This document shows positions 29,033-37,772 of a stretch of DNA of 64,000 nt, one piece after another. Source of the stretch: a virus. Each line of letters starts with the position of its first letter. Within the stretch, counting starts at the first letter, position 1. The position numbers were made by a program, and so were the translations under genes. The stretch covers positions 1 to 64,000 of IMG/VR virus record IMGVR_UViG_3300030107_004732, one strand, 5' to 3'. The notes below the pieces were generated by a model. The model did not search any database and had not been told where the DNA came from. It saw only the letters and a program-made list of their open reading frames with translations.

Positions 29033-29232
29033 TTGGTAGGAGAACAACTGATCTGTAGTTGGCTTGACAAGTGCCCTATACTAAACTGCAGATATAGCAC
29101 CCATCATCGATAGGAATACCTAAGGCAAATTGCACTGCATGAGCTGTTGGTGGGTGCTGAGATTTGTATATCATTTACTATAAATATAATGAAAATAAGA
29201 AAAAACATAGAAAAAATATGGAGGATATTAAA

Positions 29233-29733
29233 ATGGGCTTTGATTTAAGTGGTGTTAATCCACAAATAAATAAACCTGAATCTGAATATAAATACTTTAA
29301 AGAAGATAGTGAATTATGGATGTCAGACGACAAAAAAGAACGTGAAAAATACTTTAAAGAAATGGATGATTACCATGAAAATAATCCAGGAGTATATTTT
29401 CGCAATAATGTTTGGTGGTGGAGACCATTATGGTCTTATGTTATCAATTTATGTGACGATATACTTACAGATGATGATATGGAACATGGATCATATAATA
29501 ATGGACATGAAATATCTCAAGAAAAAGCATATAAAATAGGTTTAAGACTATTAAAAGACATAGATTCAGGTAAAACTGCTGTTTATGAAGAATTACACAC
29601 AAAAAATAATGCAGAATTAAGTCAATCTAGCGATAAAGATGCGGCATTTATGTCTAATTATCCATTTGATGTAGATAATGTAAGAAATTTTGCTAATTTC
29701 TGCTTACAATCAGGAGGTTTTACAATATGTTAA
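29233..29733 (+). CDS. Hypothetical phage protein (MGFDL...YFRNNVWWWRPLW)
   Basis: GGAGG RBS supports a start at 29233 rather than 29164. Confidence 0.8.
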   Translation: MGFDLSGVNPQINKPESEYKYFKEDSELWMSDDKKEREKYFKEMDDYHENNPGVYFRNNVWWWRPLWSYVINLCDDILTDDDMEHGSYNNGHEISQEKAYKIGLRLLKDIDSGKTAVYEELHTKNNAELSQSSDKDAAFMSNYPFDVDNVRNFANFCLQSGGFTIC

Positions 29734-30124
29734 CATTTTACCCAGTAAAAACTGAAGAAGAACTAATAACTGAGCTTCATCATGTAAGAAATGATATTGC
29801 TTTATTAAAAATAAGGCAAAATAAGATAATTGATGAACTTGTAACATTAAAAGGAGATAAAGATGCCAAAAACTAAGAAAACTAGAGATCCAATAGATGA
29901 AATTGATAATATATTAAAAACTATAGATAAATTAGAAGGTAATATGGATATTTTAAACACAAATATGCAACATGCTATTGATTTACAGGAAGAAATAGGA
30001 AGAGATTTAGACAAGATTAAAAAAAGGATGGGATTATGATAAATTGGATGAATCTTTGTGTATATGGTGGAATATTTCTACTTGGAATGATAATGTGGTA
30101 TTATATAGTGAAATGGTGGTTCTA

Positions 30125-30319
30125 ATGGATATATTTGAACTAGAAAAAAACAATGTAGTACTTAAAAGAACTGTAAGATACCTTGATGGTGAAATAAAAG
30201 AAATAGTAGAAAAACAAATATTAAGTAACCTAACCAAGATTGATAATTTCTTTGATGATTTAGAAAGAGAATATCAGTCTATTAACTCTTATGAAGAAGG
30301 AGGCCAAAATGGCAACTAA
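30125..30319 (+). CDS. Hypothetical protein, 64 aa
   Basis: TAATG-coupled to a 29-aa hydrophobic ORF (30036-30125). Confidence 0.6.
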   Translation: MDIFELEKNNVVLKRTVRYLDGEIKEIVEKQILSNLTKIDNFFDDLEREYQSINSYEEGGQNGN

Positions 30320-30527
30320 AACAATAAAATTTCTACAAGGTGGCGGCTTTGTAGAAAGACAAACTAACGCTGATACTGTTGAGCAATTAAGAAATGAATT
30401 TCCAGATGATATTAGTAATAATGCATCTGTTGCTGTTAATGGTGTTTCTGTAACTAACACTCATGCTATTGCTGAAGGTGATATTGTTGCAGCTGTTAAT
30501 AATAATAAGTCTGGCGGTGATCAGTAA
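30309..30527 (+). CDS. Ubiquitin-like beta-grasp protein (ThiS/MoaD-like), 72 aa, C-terminus KSGG-DQ
   Basis: VAVNG...IAEGDIV...GG pattern; AGGAGG RBS before the ATG at 30309. Confidence 0.85.
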   Translation: MATKTIKFLQGGGFVERQTNADTVEQLRNEFPDDISNNASVAVNGVSVTNTHAIAEGDIVAAVNNNKSGGDQ

Positions 30528-30536
30528 TTATTAACT

Positions 30537-30693
30537 TAAGGTGGTCGCTGGTCTCGAGACTAAAAGATAGATAGGCACTATTTAAAGCGCTATCTCCACC
30601 TTATAACTTATAGGGCTGTAGTGACAGGCGAGTCAATAACTGTAGCCAGCAATTGGCGTTATGTGAGACTAACGAGGGTCAATCAGCCCTATA
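30537..30693 (+). ncRNA. Two tandem structured RNA elements between the Ubl and E2-like genes
   Basis: Closing stems TAAGGTGG/CCACCTTA (30537-30603) and TATAGGGCTG/CAGCCCTATA (30609-30693). Confidence 0.45.
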
Positions 30694-30710
30694 TTAAACT
30701 TGGAGGGTTT

Positions 30711-32078
30711 ATGACAGATTATAGAGATTATGATTGCATTGTAGATGGCTCAATAGAACAATGCTTAGAAGAAATAGAAGTAGGAGATCTTGAAGAACAC
30801 ATTTATTATGGTCCTCAAGCAGACATAATGGAGAAATTACAAAGATTTAATGCTAGACACAGAGCCGATTTAGAAATTACTAAAACATTTAAATGGAAAC
30901 GTGGTTCTTATGAAAGAGTTGCTGAACTTATGATGAGAGGTCTTGGATTTAGAAGAAGGCCAAGTGGTATGTATAATTATTTACATAGAGAAGATTGGTT
31001 TAGAACTCATACCTGGGATTCAATTAAAAGCCAATTACAAGATATGGATTCTGACTTGTACAGGTTAAGAAATAATGGTGAAGTATGGTTAGATGATCCT
31101 TCTGTTCTTGTAGAAAGAAAAAATTTGTATTCTAATTATTTGATAGAAAAAGTAGAACTTGCTGATGAAATAATAGAAAATGTAGATATAATGGCTGAAA
31201 TGTATCATCAGTTATTTGTTCATCCAACATCACGCTCAAGTAGAAGATATATGCTAGTAACAACACTACGTATTACTCCAGATGTAATGAAAGTTTATGT
31301 AACTGAAGGTAGAAATAGTAATGAACCTGCTAAACATATAGAAAATATAGCTTGTGATACAGATGTATACTTAAATCTTATTACATATCCATTGCAAGTT
31401 ATGACAAGACATTCTAATTATGATAGGCCTTCAATTGATGTAAGTATTCTTGGTCAAGTTGAACAACCAAGCGATAAAGGATATTTATCATTTCCTTATA
31501 TTTCTGGTAGCAGAAACTACAGAGGCGGTTATTTTGGAAATAGTGTTTGCTTTGGTGACCAATCAACAGATGTGCATAATTCATTATATAGATATGATTT
31601 ACCATCTTTTGTATTGCAATGTATACCTTGGGCTACATCATATACTAATATGACACAACCACATAGCAACATTAAAATGATGTATCATGGTGAACCTAGC
31701 AGATTATCTGATGAATACAGATCAATATTTGGTACAAATACATCTAATATGTGTACTTACATACCAGATGGTGATAATGATTATTGTGATGTAAATGAAT
31801 GTGCTCTTAGACATAGTTGTACATTATATAAAGATGCACATCCTCAACCAGTAACACCAGAACAAGCTGAACAAATGACCTTACAATGGGCTACTAGAAT
31901 GGGTGGCGTTAATCACGCTGCTCCAACTATAATACACACAACTGATAATTCAGGCAATCCTGTAACTGTAACTAGAGATAGAACGTCAATGGAACAAGCT
32001 GCAGATGCTCAAGAACCACCAATACAAGGTGATCGTGAACAGTGGCCTGATGAATCACCACAAGGTGACGAAATGTAA
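30711..32078 (+). CDS. Prokaryotic E2-like (UBC-fold) conjugating protein with C-terminal Cys cluster, 455 aa
   Basis: FPYISG...GNSVCFGD resembles the HPN/PxV...GxxCxG E2 active site (Cys codon 31548-31550); C-x10-C-x4-C-x5-C cluster; lies between Ubl and JAB/E1. Confidence 0.6.
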   Translation: MTDYRDYDCIVDGSIEQCLEEIEVGDLEEHIYYGPQADIMEKLQRFNARHRADLEITKTFKWKRGSYERVAELMMRGLGFRRRPSGMYNYLHREDWFRTHTWDSIKSQLQDMDSDLYRLRNNGEVWLDDPSVLVERKNLYSNYLIEKVELADEIIENVDIMAEMYHQLFVHPTSRSSRRYMLVTTLRITPDVMKVYVTEGRNSNEPAKHIENIACDTDVYLNLITYPLQVMTRHSNYDRPSIDVSILGQVEQPSDKGYLSFPYISGSRNYRGGYFGNSVCFGDQSTDVHNSLYRYDLPSFVLQCIPWATSYTNMTQPHSNIKMMYHGEPSRLSDEYRSIFGTNTSNMCTYIPDGDNDYCDVNECALRHSCTLYKDAHPQPVTPEQAEQMTLQWATRMGGVNHAAPTIIHTTDNSGNPVTVTRDRTSMEQAADAQEPPIQGDREQWPDESPQGDEM

Positions 32079-32094
32079 CTTAAAAGGAGGAATA

Positions 32095-32238
32095 ATGGAC
32101 GCTAGAACTTCATACTTTAGTAATGAAATTAAAGACTTACAGTTTAAGTTTAAATCATTGCGTAATGATCATGAAACACTTAAAAAAGAATATAAAATAC
32201 TACAAAAACAAGTAAAAAAGCTCGAGGAGGGTAAATAA
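32095..32238 (+). CDS. Small coiled-coil protein, 47 aa
   Basis: AAGGAGG RBS; TAATG-coupled to the JAB gene. Confidence 0.7.
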   Translation: MDARTSYFSNEIKDLQFKFKSLRNDHETLKKEYKILQKQVKKLEEGK

Positions 32239-33209
32239 TGGAAATATTAATACATAAAGAATCTTGGGATAAGATTATAAATTATGCTAAAGCTGCTTAT
32301 GTCACAGAAAAAGCTGAAATAGGTGGTATGGCTGTAGTAACACAAGATAAAGATGGTGACTGGACTATTGAAAATCCAGTTATATTACCACAAGAAATAG
32401 CAGGGACTACGTGTGACCTAGATAAAGAAGAATTGGCTACGTATTATACTCAAATGGCTATGAAATACAAAGACCAGAAGTTTAGATTTTGTTGGTGGCA
32501 CAGTCATCACACAATGAACGCATTCTGGAGTGGTACAGATTTATCTAGCATTGATGAGTATGGTGAAGGTGAATCAGACGTTTCATTTGCACTTGTTGTT
32601 AATCTAAAAGAAGAATACAAATGTAGAATATCTGTATGGAAACCAGTAGAAATACATCAAGATGTAGAAGTTAAAATATTAGATGATACACCTGAAATAG
32701 AAATACCACTTGATATAGTTACAGAAGTTAAAGCTAAATGTAGAAAACGTACTTATGTAAGTTCTTATAAATCTGGTGGATCTGTATTAGAATCGCCAAA
32801 TAAAAAGCAGTTAGTAATTGGTCAAAATGGATTTGAAAGTAGTTATAATTGGGCTAAATATAGTTGGCTTGATGATGATTTAGAAAAAATTGTTACACCA
32901 CAAGAACAAACTAACTTTGAAGCTAAATGGGAATATGCGACTAATAAAATAACAGAGTTTATTAGACAATTTAATACAGGAGCTTGGAATATGCACAAAT
33001 ATAAATCTGCTGTAACTCATACAAATAAAATATTAGAACCATATGGGATTCAAATAGAAACATTAAACAAGCGTGAGTTAACAGAGTTTATTGAAATGGA
33101 TTCTGAACCATATGAACTGTTAACAGCTGATGATAAATATCATGATATAGCAGAAAGTTTAATAGATTGCGCATCTTATAATCAATCTTATGGAGGGTAT
33201 GGAATATGA
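32238..33209 (+). CDS. JAB/JAMM (MPN+) metalloprotease, deubiquitinase-like
   Basis: EIGG catalytic Glu and WWHSHHTMNAFWSGTD (HxH-x7-S-x2-D). Confidence 0.92.
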   Translation: MEILIHKESWDKIINYAKAAYVTEKAEIGGMAVVTQDKDGDWTIENPVILPQEIAGTTCDLDKEELATYYTQMAMKYKDQKFRFCWWHSHHTMNAFWSGTDLSSIDEYGEGESDVSFALVVNLKEEYKCRISVWKPVEIHQDVEVKILDDTPEIEIPLDIVTEVKAKCRKRTYVSSYKSGGSVLESPNKKQLVIGQNGFESSYNWAKYSWLDDDLEKIVTPQEQTNFEAKWEYATNKITEFIRQFNTGAWNMHKYKSAVTHTNKILEPYGIQIETLNKRELTEFIEMDSEPYELLTADDKYHDIAESLIDCASYNQSYGGYGI

Positions 33210-33859
33210 TAAATACTAGAAGCCAAGATATTGCAGATATATCAGGCATTAAGTTTCACATTGTAGGTTGCGGGGCTATTGGAAGCTCCGTAGCCACACA
33301 ATTAGTAAGACTTGGTGGCAATAATTTTGTTTTATATGATTTTGATAAAGTTGAAATACCTAATGTAGGTGTAAGTCAATATAATGAACAAGATGTAGGG
33401 CTATCTAAAGTAGGTGCTCTAACAAATCATATGAAAAAAATTAATGTAATGATTGAAATAGAGGGAATTGTTGATAAATTTAAATATTATCATGGAAATA
33501 AAGATGATATATTAGTATTAGGTTTAGATAGTATGTCTGCTCGTATGGAAATAGTTAAATTGTTAGCAAAATGCCCTTATAAACCATCATTTGTAATAGA
33601 TGGTCGTATGGGTGCAGAACAATATCAACAGTATATATATGATAATATTACTGTTAAACAATATGAAAAAGATTGGTATTCTGATGAAGATTCTGATCCA
33701 GAACCATGCACTCGTAAAGCTACATCTTACTGTAGTAATATGAGTGGAAGTTTTATATCTAATTCTATTAAGAACATAGTTATGAAACAGCCTTACTTTA
33801 AGGAAATAATTTTCAACTTTTCAACATTAATACTTGATAAAAAGAAATTAGTTTCTTAA
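33206..33859 (+). CDS. ThiF/MoeB/E1-family adenylating enzyme
   Basis: GCGAIGS, DFDKVEIPN, SKV, LDSMSAR, IDGRMG; candidate catalytic Cys in PEPCTRKAT; no CxxC Zn site. Confidence 0.93.
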   Translation: MINTRSQDIADISGIKFHIVGCGAIGSSVATQLVRLGGNNFVLYDFDKVEIPNVGVSQYNEQDVGLSKVGALTNHMKKINVMIEIEGIVDKFKYYHGNKDDILVLGLDSMSARMEIVKLLAKCPYKPSFVIDGRMGAEQYQQYIYDNITVKQYEKDWYSDEDSDPEPCTRKATSYCSNMSGSFISNSIKNIVMKQPYFKEIIFNFSTLILDKKKLVS

Positions 33860-33862
33860 ATT
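33834..33862 (+). promoter_or_regulatory. Sigma70-type promoter for replication genes
   Basis: TTGATA-N17-TAAATT. Confidence 0.6.
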
Positions 33863-33962
33863 CTAAACCCTTTATATCAAAGGGATCTTATGTATAGCAC
33901 ACTGAACAGGGTAGTATAACCCCTATTTCTGCCCTGTTCTCAAAATAAAAAGGAGGAAGCTC

Positions 33963-34466
33963 GTGACAAATATCGATGTTTCAAAACAAACTGGTATTGC
34001 TAAAAGTGTATTAGAAGCAAAAGCCAAAAACGAATCAAATGAGAAATCTTTTGATGAATCTCATGATAGAAGACATGATGAATGGAAATCACCTCAATTA
34101 GATCAATTAGCAGCAGCATTAGCTAAAGCTCAATCTGAAATGGAAGGTGCTAAAAAAGAGAGTACAAATCCATTCTTTAAGTCTAGTTATGCAGACTTAC
34201 ATGCAGTAATTAAATCTTCATTTCCATACTTATCTAAAAATGGACTATCTGTTAGTCAAGGTAATGAAGTAATTAAAGGCGCTGTATGTGTAACAACAAC
34301 ATTAATGCACGCATCAGGTCAATGGATGAGAAGTAAAATTAAACTTCCATTAGCTAAAGTAGACGCACAAGGCGTTGGAGCTGCTGTAACTTATGGTAGA
34401 AGATATGGTTTATCTGCTATGGTAGGTATAGCTCAATACGATGATGATGCACAATCAATTTCTTAA
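33963..34466 (+). CDS. erf: ERF-family single-strand annealing protein
   Basis: NPFFKSSYADL, TTLMHASGQW, QGVGAAVTYGRRYGLSAMVGI. Confidence 0.93.
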   Translation: MTNIDVSKQTGIAKSVLEAKAKNESNEKSFDESHDRRHDEWKSPQLDQLAAALAKAQSEMEGAKKESTNPFFKSSYADLHAVIKSSFPYLSKNGLSVSQGNEVIKGAVCVTTTLMHASGQWMRSKIKLPLAKVDAQGVGAAVTYGRRYGLSAMVGIAQYDDDAQSIS

Positions 34467-34479
34467 TTAAGGAGAACAT

Positions 34480-35016
34480 ATGAGAACAATGACAATAAAG
34501 TCAGGTAGTAGTAATAATCAATATTCTACTGGGTGGCATGAATTAATAGTTTCAAAAGCTAAATATGGTGATTGGAATGGAACAAAATGTATAGACATTT
34601 ACTTTGATGAATATCCAGAAAACTTTAACATGAGAGTTTATGCTAAAACAGGAACTGATGGTGAAGAATTTGCTATTGGTCAAATATATAGATTTGCTAA
34701 TGCTGGAATAAGTAGCGCATTAGAAGGCCCTGATGGCACTAAAGTTGTTAAAATGGATGATAGTGAAGAAGCTTTAATAGGTAAAAAGATGAATGTTTAC
34801 TTTTATAAAGATGGTAAATATTCTAGAATGTTATCTAAAACTGCTCCTACAGAATTTACAAATGCTGTAGAATCATTCACAACAGATGATGTTAGCTATT
34901 GGAAAGGTAAAGCTATAGATTTCTATAAGAAATATGTAGAACCTAAACTTAAAACAAGCTCAGAAGAATCCGTTTCTTCTTCCGAGACCTCCGAGAGTGA
35001 CGATATACCCTTTTAA
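34480..35016 (+). CDS. Single-stranded DNA-binding protein
   Basis: Follows erf; acidic tail ending DDIPF. Confidence 0.7.
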   Translation: MRTMTIKSGSSNNQYSTGWHELIVSKAKYGDWNGTKCIDIYFDEYPENFNMRVYAKTGTDGEEFAIGQIYRFANAGISSALEGPDGTKVVKMDDSEEALIGKKMNVYFYKDGKYSRMLSKTAPTEFTNAVESFTTDDVSYWKGKAIDFYKKYVEPKLKTSSEESVSSSETSESDDIPF

Positions 35017-35036
35017 GTGAGTAGGTAATCGTTAAT

Positions 35037-35275
35037 TATAGGGAGGCAACAACTGGTCCTGTAAGTCGTAAATGACCTACTGAGGAAATTTCCGCAAAGG
35101 AATATGTGAGTCTCCCTATATAAAGATTTGGTAACAGTATAAAAACTCCCTAGATAGTACTCAGTTTACTATCTGACATTTCAGAAATCTAAATTCCATT
35201 AGATTCCGATTATTTGTTTATGAGTATATTTCATACGTGACTATTGCCTGGCTGGAAGTTGCAGGAGTTACCAAA
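35037..35275 (+). ncRNA. Two tandem multi-stem RNA elements
   Basis: Closing stems TATAGGGAGGC/GTCTCCCTATA (35037-35120) and TTTGGTAAC/GTTACCAAA (35127-35275). Confidence 0.45.
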
Positions 35276-35291
35276 AAATTAAAGGAGAATT

Positions 35292-35471
35292 ATGAGAGCG
35301 ACAGAATTTATGCATTTTATGAATAGAACAGATATAGGTTTAGGACAAAATCCTAAAGAAAGAGACTATACACACTATACCCCTAGAATGCTTGCAAAAA
35401 GAGCTAGATATGAGTATCAAAAGATGCTTAGAGAACAAAAAAAATTAAAGAAATCGGAGGAAAAAAAATGA
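35292..35471 (+). CDS. Small basic hypothetical protein, 59 aa
   Basis: AAGGAG RBS; ATGA-coupled to a 34-aa hydrophobic ORF (35468-35572). Confidence 0.65.
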   Translation: MRATEFMHFMNRTDIGLGQNPKERDYTHYTPRMLAKRARYEYQKMLREQKKLKKSEEKK

Positions 35472-35558
35472 TAGAAATAATACTTATAAGTTTATCAATA
35501 TTTATATTAGCTGTAGGAACTTTAATACTGTTAATAAAAAGTGAAGTGGAGAATATAC

Positions 35559-37322
35559 ATGGAGATGATTAAAGAAATAGCATTTGGAGTTAGTAATAGA
35601 GGTAATTTTCAATCTAAAGATGAAGTTTGTGAGTTACAAGGCACTGACACTGATCTATTTGTGTCTTTATATGACTATGATGAAACAGTTGTAGCATATT
35701 ATAGTAAAAAAGGAAGTTTATCAGGATTTGATGGTAACATATATATGCCTACAGAATTTATATTAGACGTTGATGGATCTAGTATAAGAAATGCTAGAGA
35801 TAAATTAATAGGTTTATCAGATATATTAGATGATTGCAATCTATACTATAGAATATATTTTAGCGGAACAGGTTTTCATGTTGGTATACACAATTCAGCA
35901 TTTAAATGGGAACCAAGTCCTAATTTACACGTAAGAGTAAAAGAAGAGCTAACTAAAGCTGGTATCTATAAATTTGCAGACCCCTCTGTTACTGATAAAA
36001 CAAGAATAATAAGACTAGTTAATACTAAAAATACTAAATCTGGATTATATAAAATCTGTATAGAAGATAACTTACAAATATTATCTTCGTCAGATAAAGT
36101 GTTTAAAGAAGAGCTGATTAAATTAGCATCAGAACCTAGAAACATAGATTACGAAGATATTGAATTGAGTAGCCCAGTATTTGATGTAAGAGATAAAGAA
36201 AAACCTGAAGAAAAACCTGAAATTAAGGTAAGAAATAAGCGTGATCCTGTTGCTAACACTTGTATACAGAAAATGTTAGATGGTGCTCCACACGGTAAAC
36301 GTCATATGGTCGCTCTTAGAATAGCATCTCATTTAAGATGGAACTTTCCAGAAAATATTGTAAGATTAATTATGGAAGATTGGCGCATTAGAGTTAACGA
36401 AGGTGCTAAAAGCGAGTTTAAAAAAGAAGAGATGGATGGTATAGTAGAAGGTTGTTATACTGGTCATGATGGACAAGGTTACAGATATGGTGCTGATGAT
36501 CCAGTTATACAGTTTTATTGTAACTCTAAATGTACGTTACACAGAGGTGCTAAAGCCGAAAACATGATGGATTCAAGTAGTATGGAAGATGAATTAATAA
36601 ACTTTTATGCTCAAGACTTAAAACCACTTAATTTAGGTGAGCCATATGATATGAATTTCCCTATATATCCAGGTGAAACAGTCATTATTCAAGCTCCACC
36701 TGCAAGTATGAAGACTATGTTGCTTCAAAATTGGGTAAATTATTTTAAAAGACCAACATACTTTGTTGAAATGGAAATGTCTCCAAGGCAAATATGGTCT
36801 AGATTTGTTCAGATAGAAATGGGGTGGGATGAAAATCAATTAGCTAATCATTACAAACAAATGAAAAATGGTATGGATAAAAGATTTGAATGGTTAACTG
36901 TAGACTATTCAGCTCCATATGCGCATGAATTAGAAAGAAGAATCACCAGCCTACCTGTTAAGCCAGAAATAGTAATTGTTGACCATTTGGGGCTATTTAA
37001 GAGCAAACAGAAAGATAATAACATGAAAGTTGAGGAAGCTAGCCAAGCAATTATGGAATTAGCTGTAAGACAAAATGTGATCGTCTTTGCTGTAAGCGAA
37101 GTATCTAAAGCTGCCTTTAAAGAAGGTATGGACATATCTTCATCTAGAGGTTCATTTAGAATTGCATATAATGCAAATAAATTAATATCTTTAAAGCCAT
37201 ATAAGAACAAAGAAACAGGTCTTGTTGAGCTTATAGATATTAAATCAGATAAAAACAGAGAGAAAGAACATCTGTACGCTAGATTAACAGTTAATAACGT
37301 AAGAATAGAAAAGGAGGGCTAA
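35559..37322 (+). CDS. Primase-polymerase (AEP) fused to DnaB/RecA-like helicase
   Basis: LDVDG, FSGTGFHV, RIIRLVNTKN AEP motifs; PriCT-like region; APPASMKT Walker A variant, EMEMS, IVIVDHL Walker B. Confidence 0.85.
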   Translation: MEMIKEIAFGVSNRGNFQSKDEVCELQGTDTDLFVSLYDYDETVVAYYSKKGSLSGFDGNIYMPTEFILDVDGSSIRNARDKLIGLSDILDDCNLYYRIYFSGTGFHVGIHNSAFKWEPSPNLHVRVKEELTKAGIYKFADPSVTDKTRIIRLVNTKNTKSGLYKICIEDNLQILSSSDKVFKEELIKLASEPRNIDYEDIELSSPVFDVRDKEKPEEKPEIKVRNKRDPVANTCIQKMLDGAPHGKRHMVALRIASHLRWNFPENIVRLIMEDWRIRVNEGAKSEFKKEEMDGIVEGCYTGHDGQGYRYGADDPVIQFYCNSKCTLHRGAKAENMMDSSSMEDELINFYAQDLKPLNLGEPYDMNFPIYPGETVIIQAPPASMKTMLLQNWVNYFKRPTYFVEMEMSPRQIWSRFVQIEMGWDENQLANHYKQMKNGMDKRFEWLTVDYSAPYAHELERRITSLPVKPEIVIVDHLGLFKSKQKDNNMKVEEASQAIMELAVRQNVIVFAVSEVSKAAFKEGMDISSSRGSFRIAYNANKLISLKPYKNKETGLVELIDIKSDKNREKEHLYARLTVNNVRIEKEG

Positions 37323-37469
37323 ATGCCTAAGAAAAGTAAAGAAAAACTAAAATGGGAACATGCTGAAAAATTAGCTAACCTATATGAGCAAAGATCTAAT
37401 TTGGAAGTAGCTTTTATAAAATTAAACGGAGCTATTGAAGTATTGGAATCAATAAAACCTAAGGAGTAA
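37323..37469 (+). CDS. Small hypothetical protein, 48 aa
   Basis: AGGAGG RBS; fills the gap. Confidence 0.6.
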   Translation: MPKKSKEKLKWEHAEKLANLYEQRSNLEVAFIKLNGAIEVLESIKPKE

Positions 37470-37471
37470 TT

Positions 37472-37756
37472 ATGTATTACAACACTAATGATGAAACAGG
37501 GGGAACTCTGCAAAATAGTAGGAATGCTGCAATAAAACAAGAGGATCAAATTCTTGGTATATTTCGAGCATTTCCAAATGAAGGTCTTACACCATTTGAT
37601 ATTGAAGATTTTGCAAATGATCAAGATGTTCATTGGCCTATAACAAGCATTAGAAGAGCTATTACAGATTTAACTAATGCTGGTAAATTAACTAAAACCG
37701 ATATAACTAAACTAGGTAAGTACGGAAAGAAAGTACATACTTGGAAATTAGTATAA
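37472..37756 (+). CDS. Winged-HTH DNA-binding protein
   Basis: GLTPFDI...ITSIRRAITDLTNAGKL...W pattern. Confidence 0.65.
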   Translation: MYYNTNDETGGTLQNSRNAAIKQEDQILGIFRAFPNEGLTPFDIEDFANDQDVHWPITSIRRAITDLTNAGKLTKTDITKLGKYGKKVHTWKLV

Positions 37757-37772
37757 CACTCAGGAGGGAAGC

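Noticed and set aside
29064-29095. TTGACA as a -35 box
   Set aside because: No -10 element at 16-18 nt spacing; it sits in a hairpin loop.
30621-30710. GTG start for the E2-like gene
   Set aside because: It falls inside an RNA hairpin; the ATG at 30711 has a GGAGG RBS.
30309-33859. ThiS/ThiF sulfur-carrier (auxiliary metabolic) interpretation
   Set aside because: No ThiG, MoaE, cysteine synthase, desulfurase or rhodanese partner is present, and an E2-like gene is embedded. Disfavoured but not formally excluded.
35025-35047. T7-like promoter (TATAGGGAG)
   Set aside because: The upstream specificity region does not match, no T7-type RNAP is encoded, and the motif is explained as one arm of a stem.
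35037-35120. Hammerhead ribozyme (CTGAGGA present)
   Set aside because: No GAAA after stem II and no compatible stem III.
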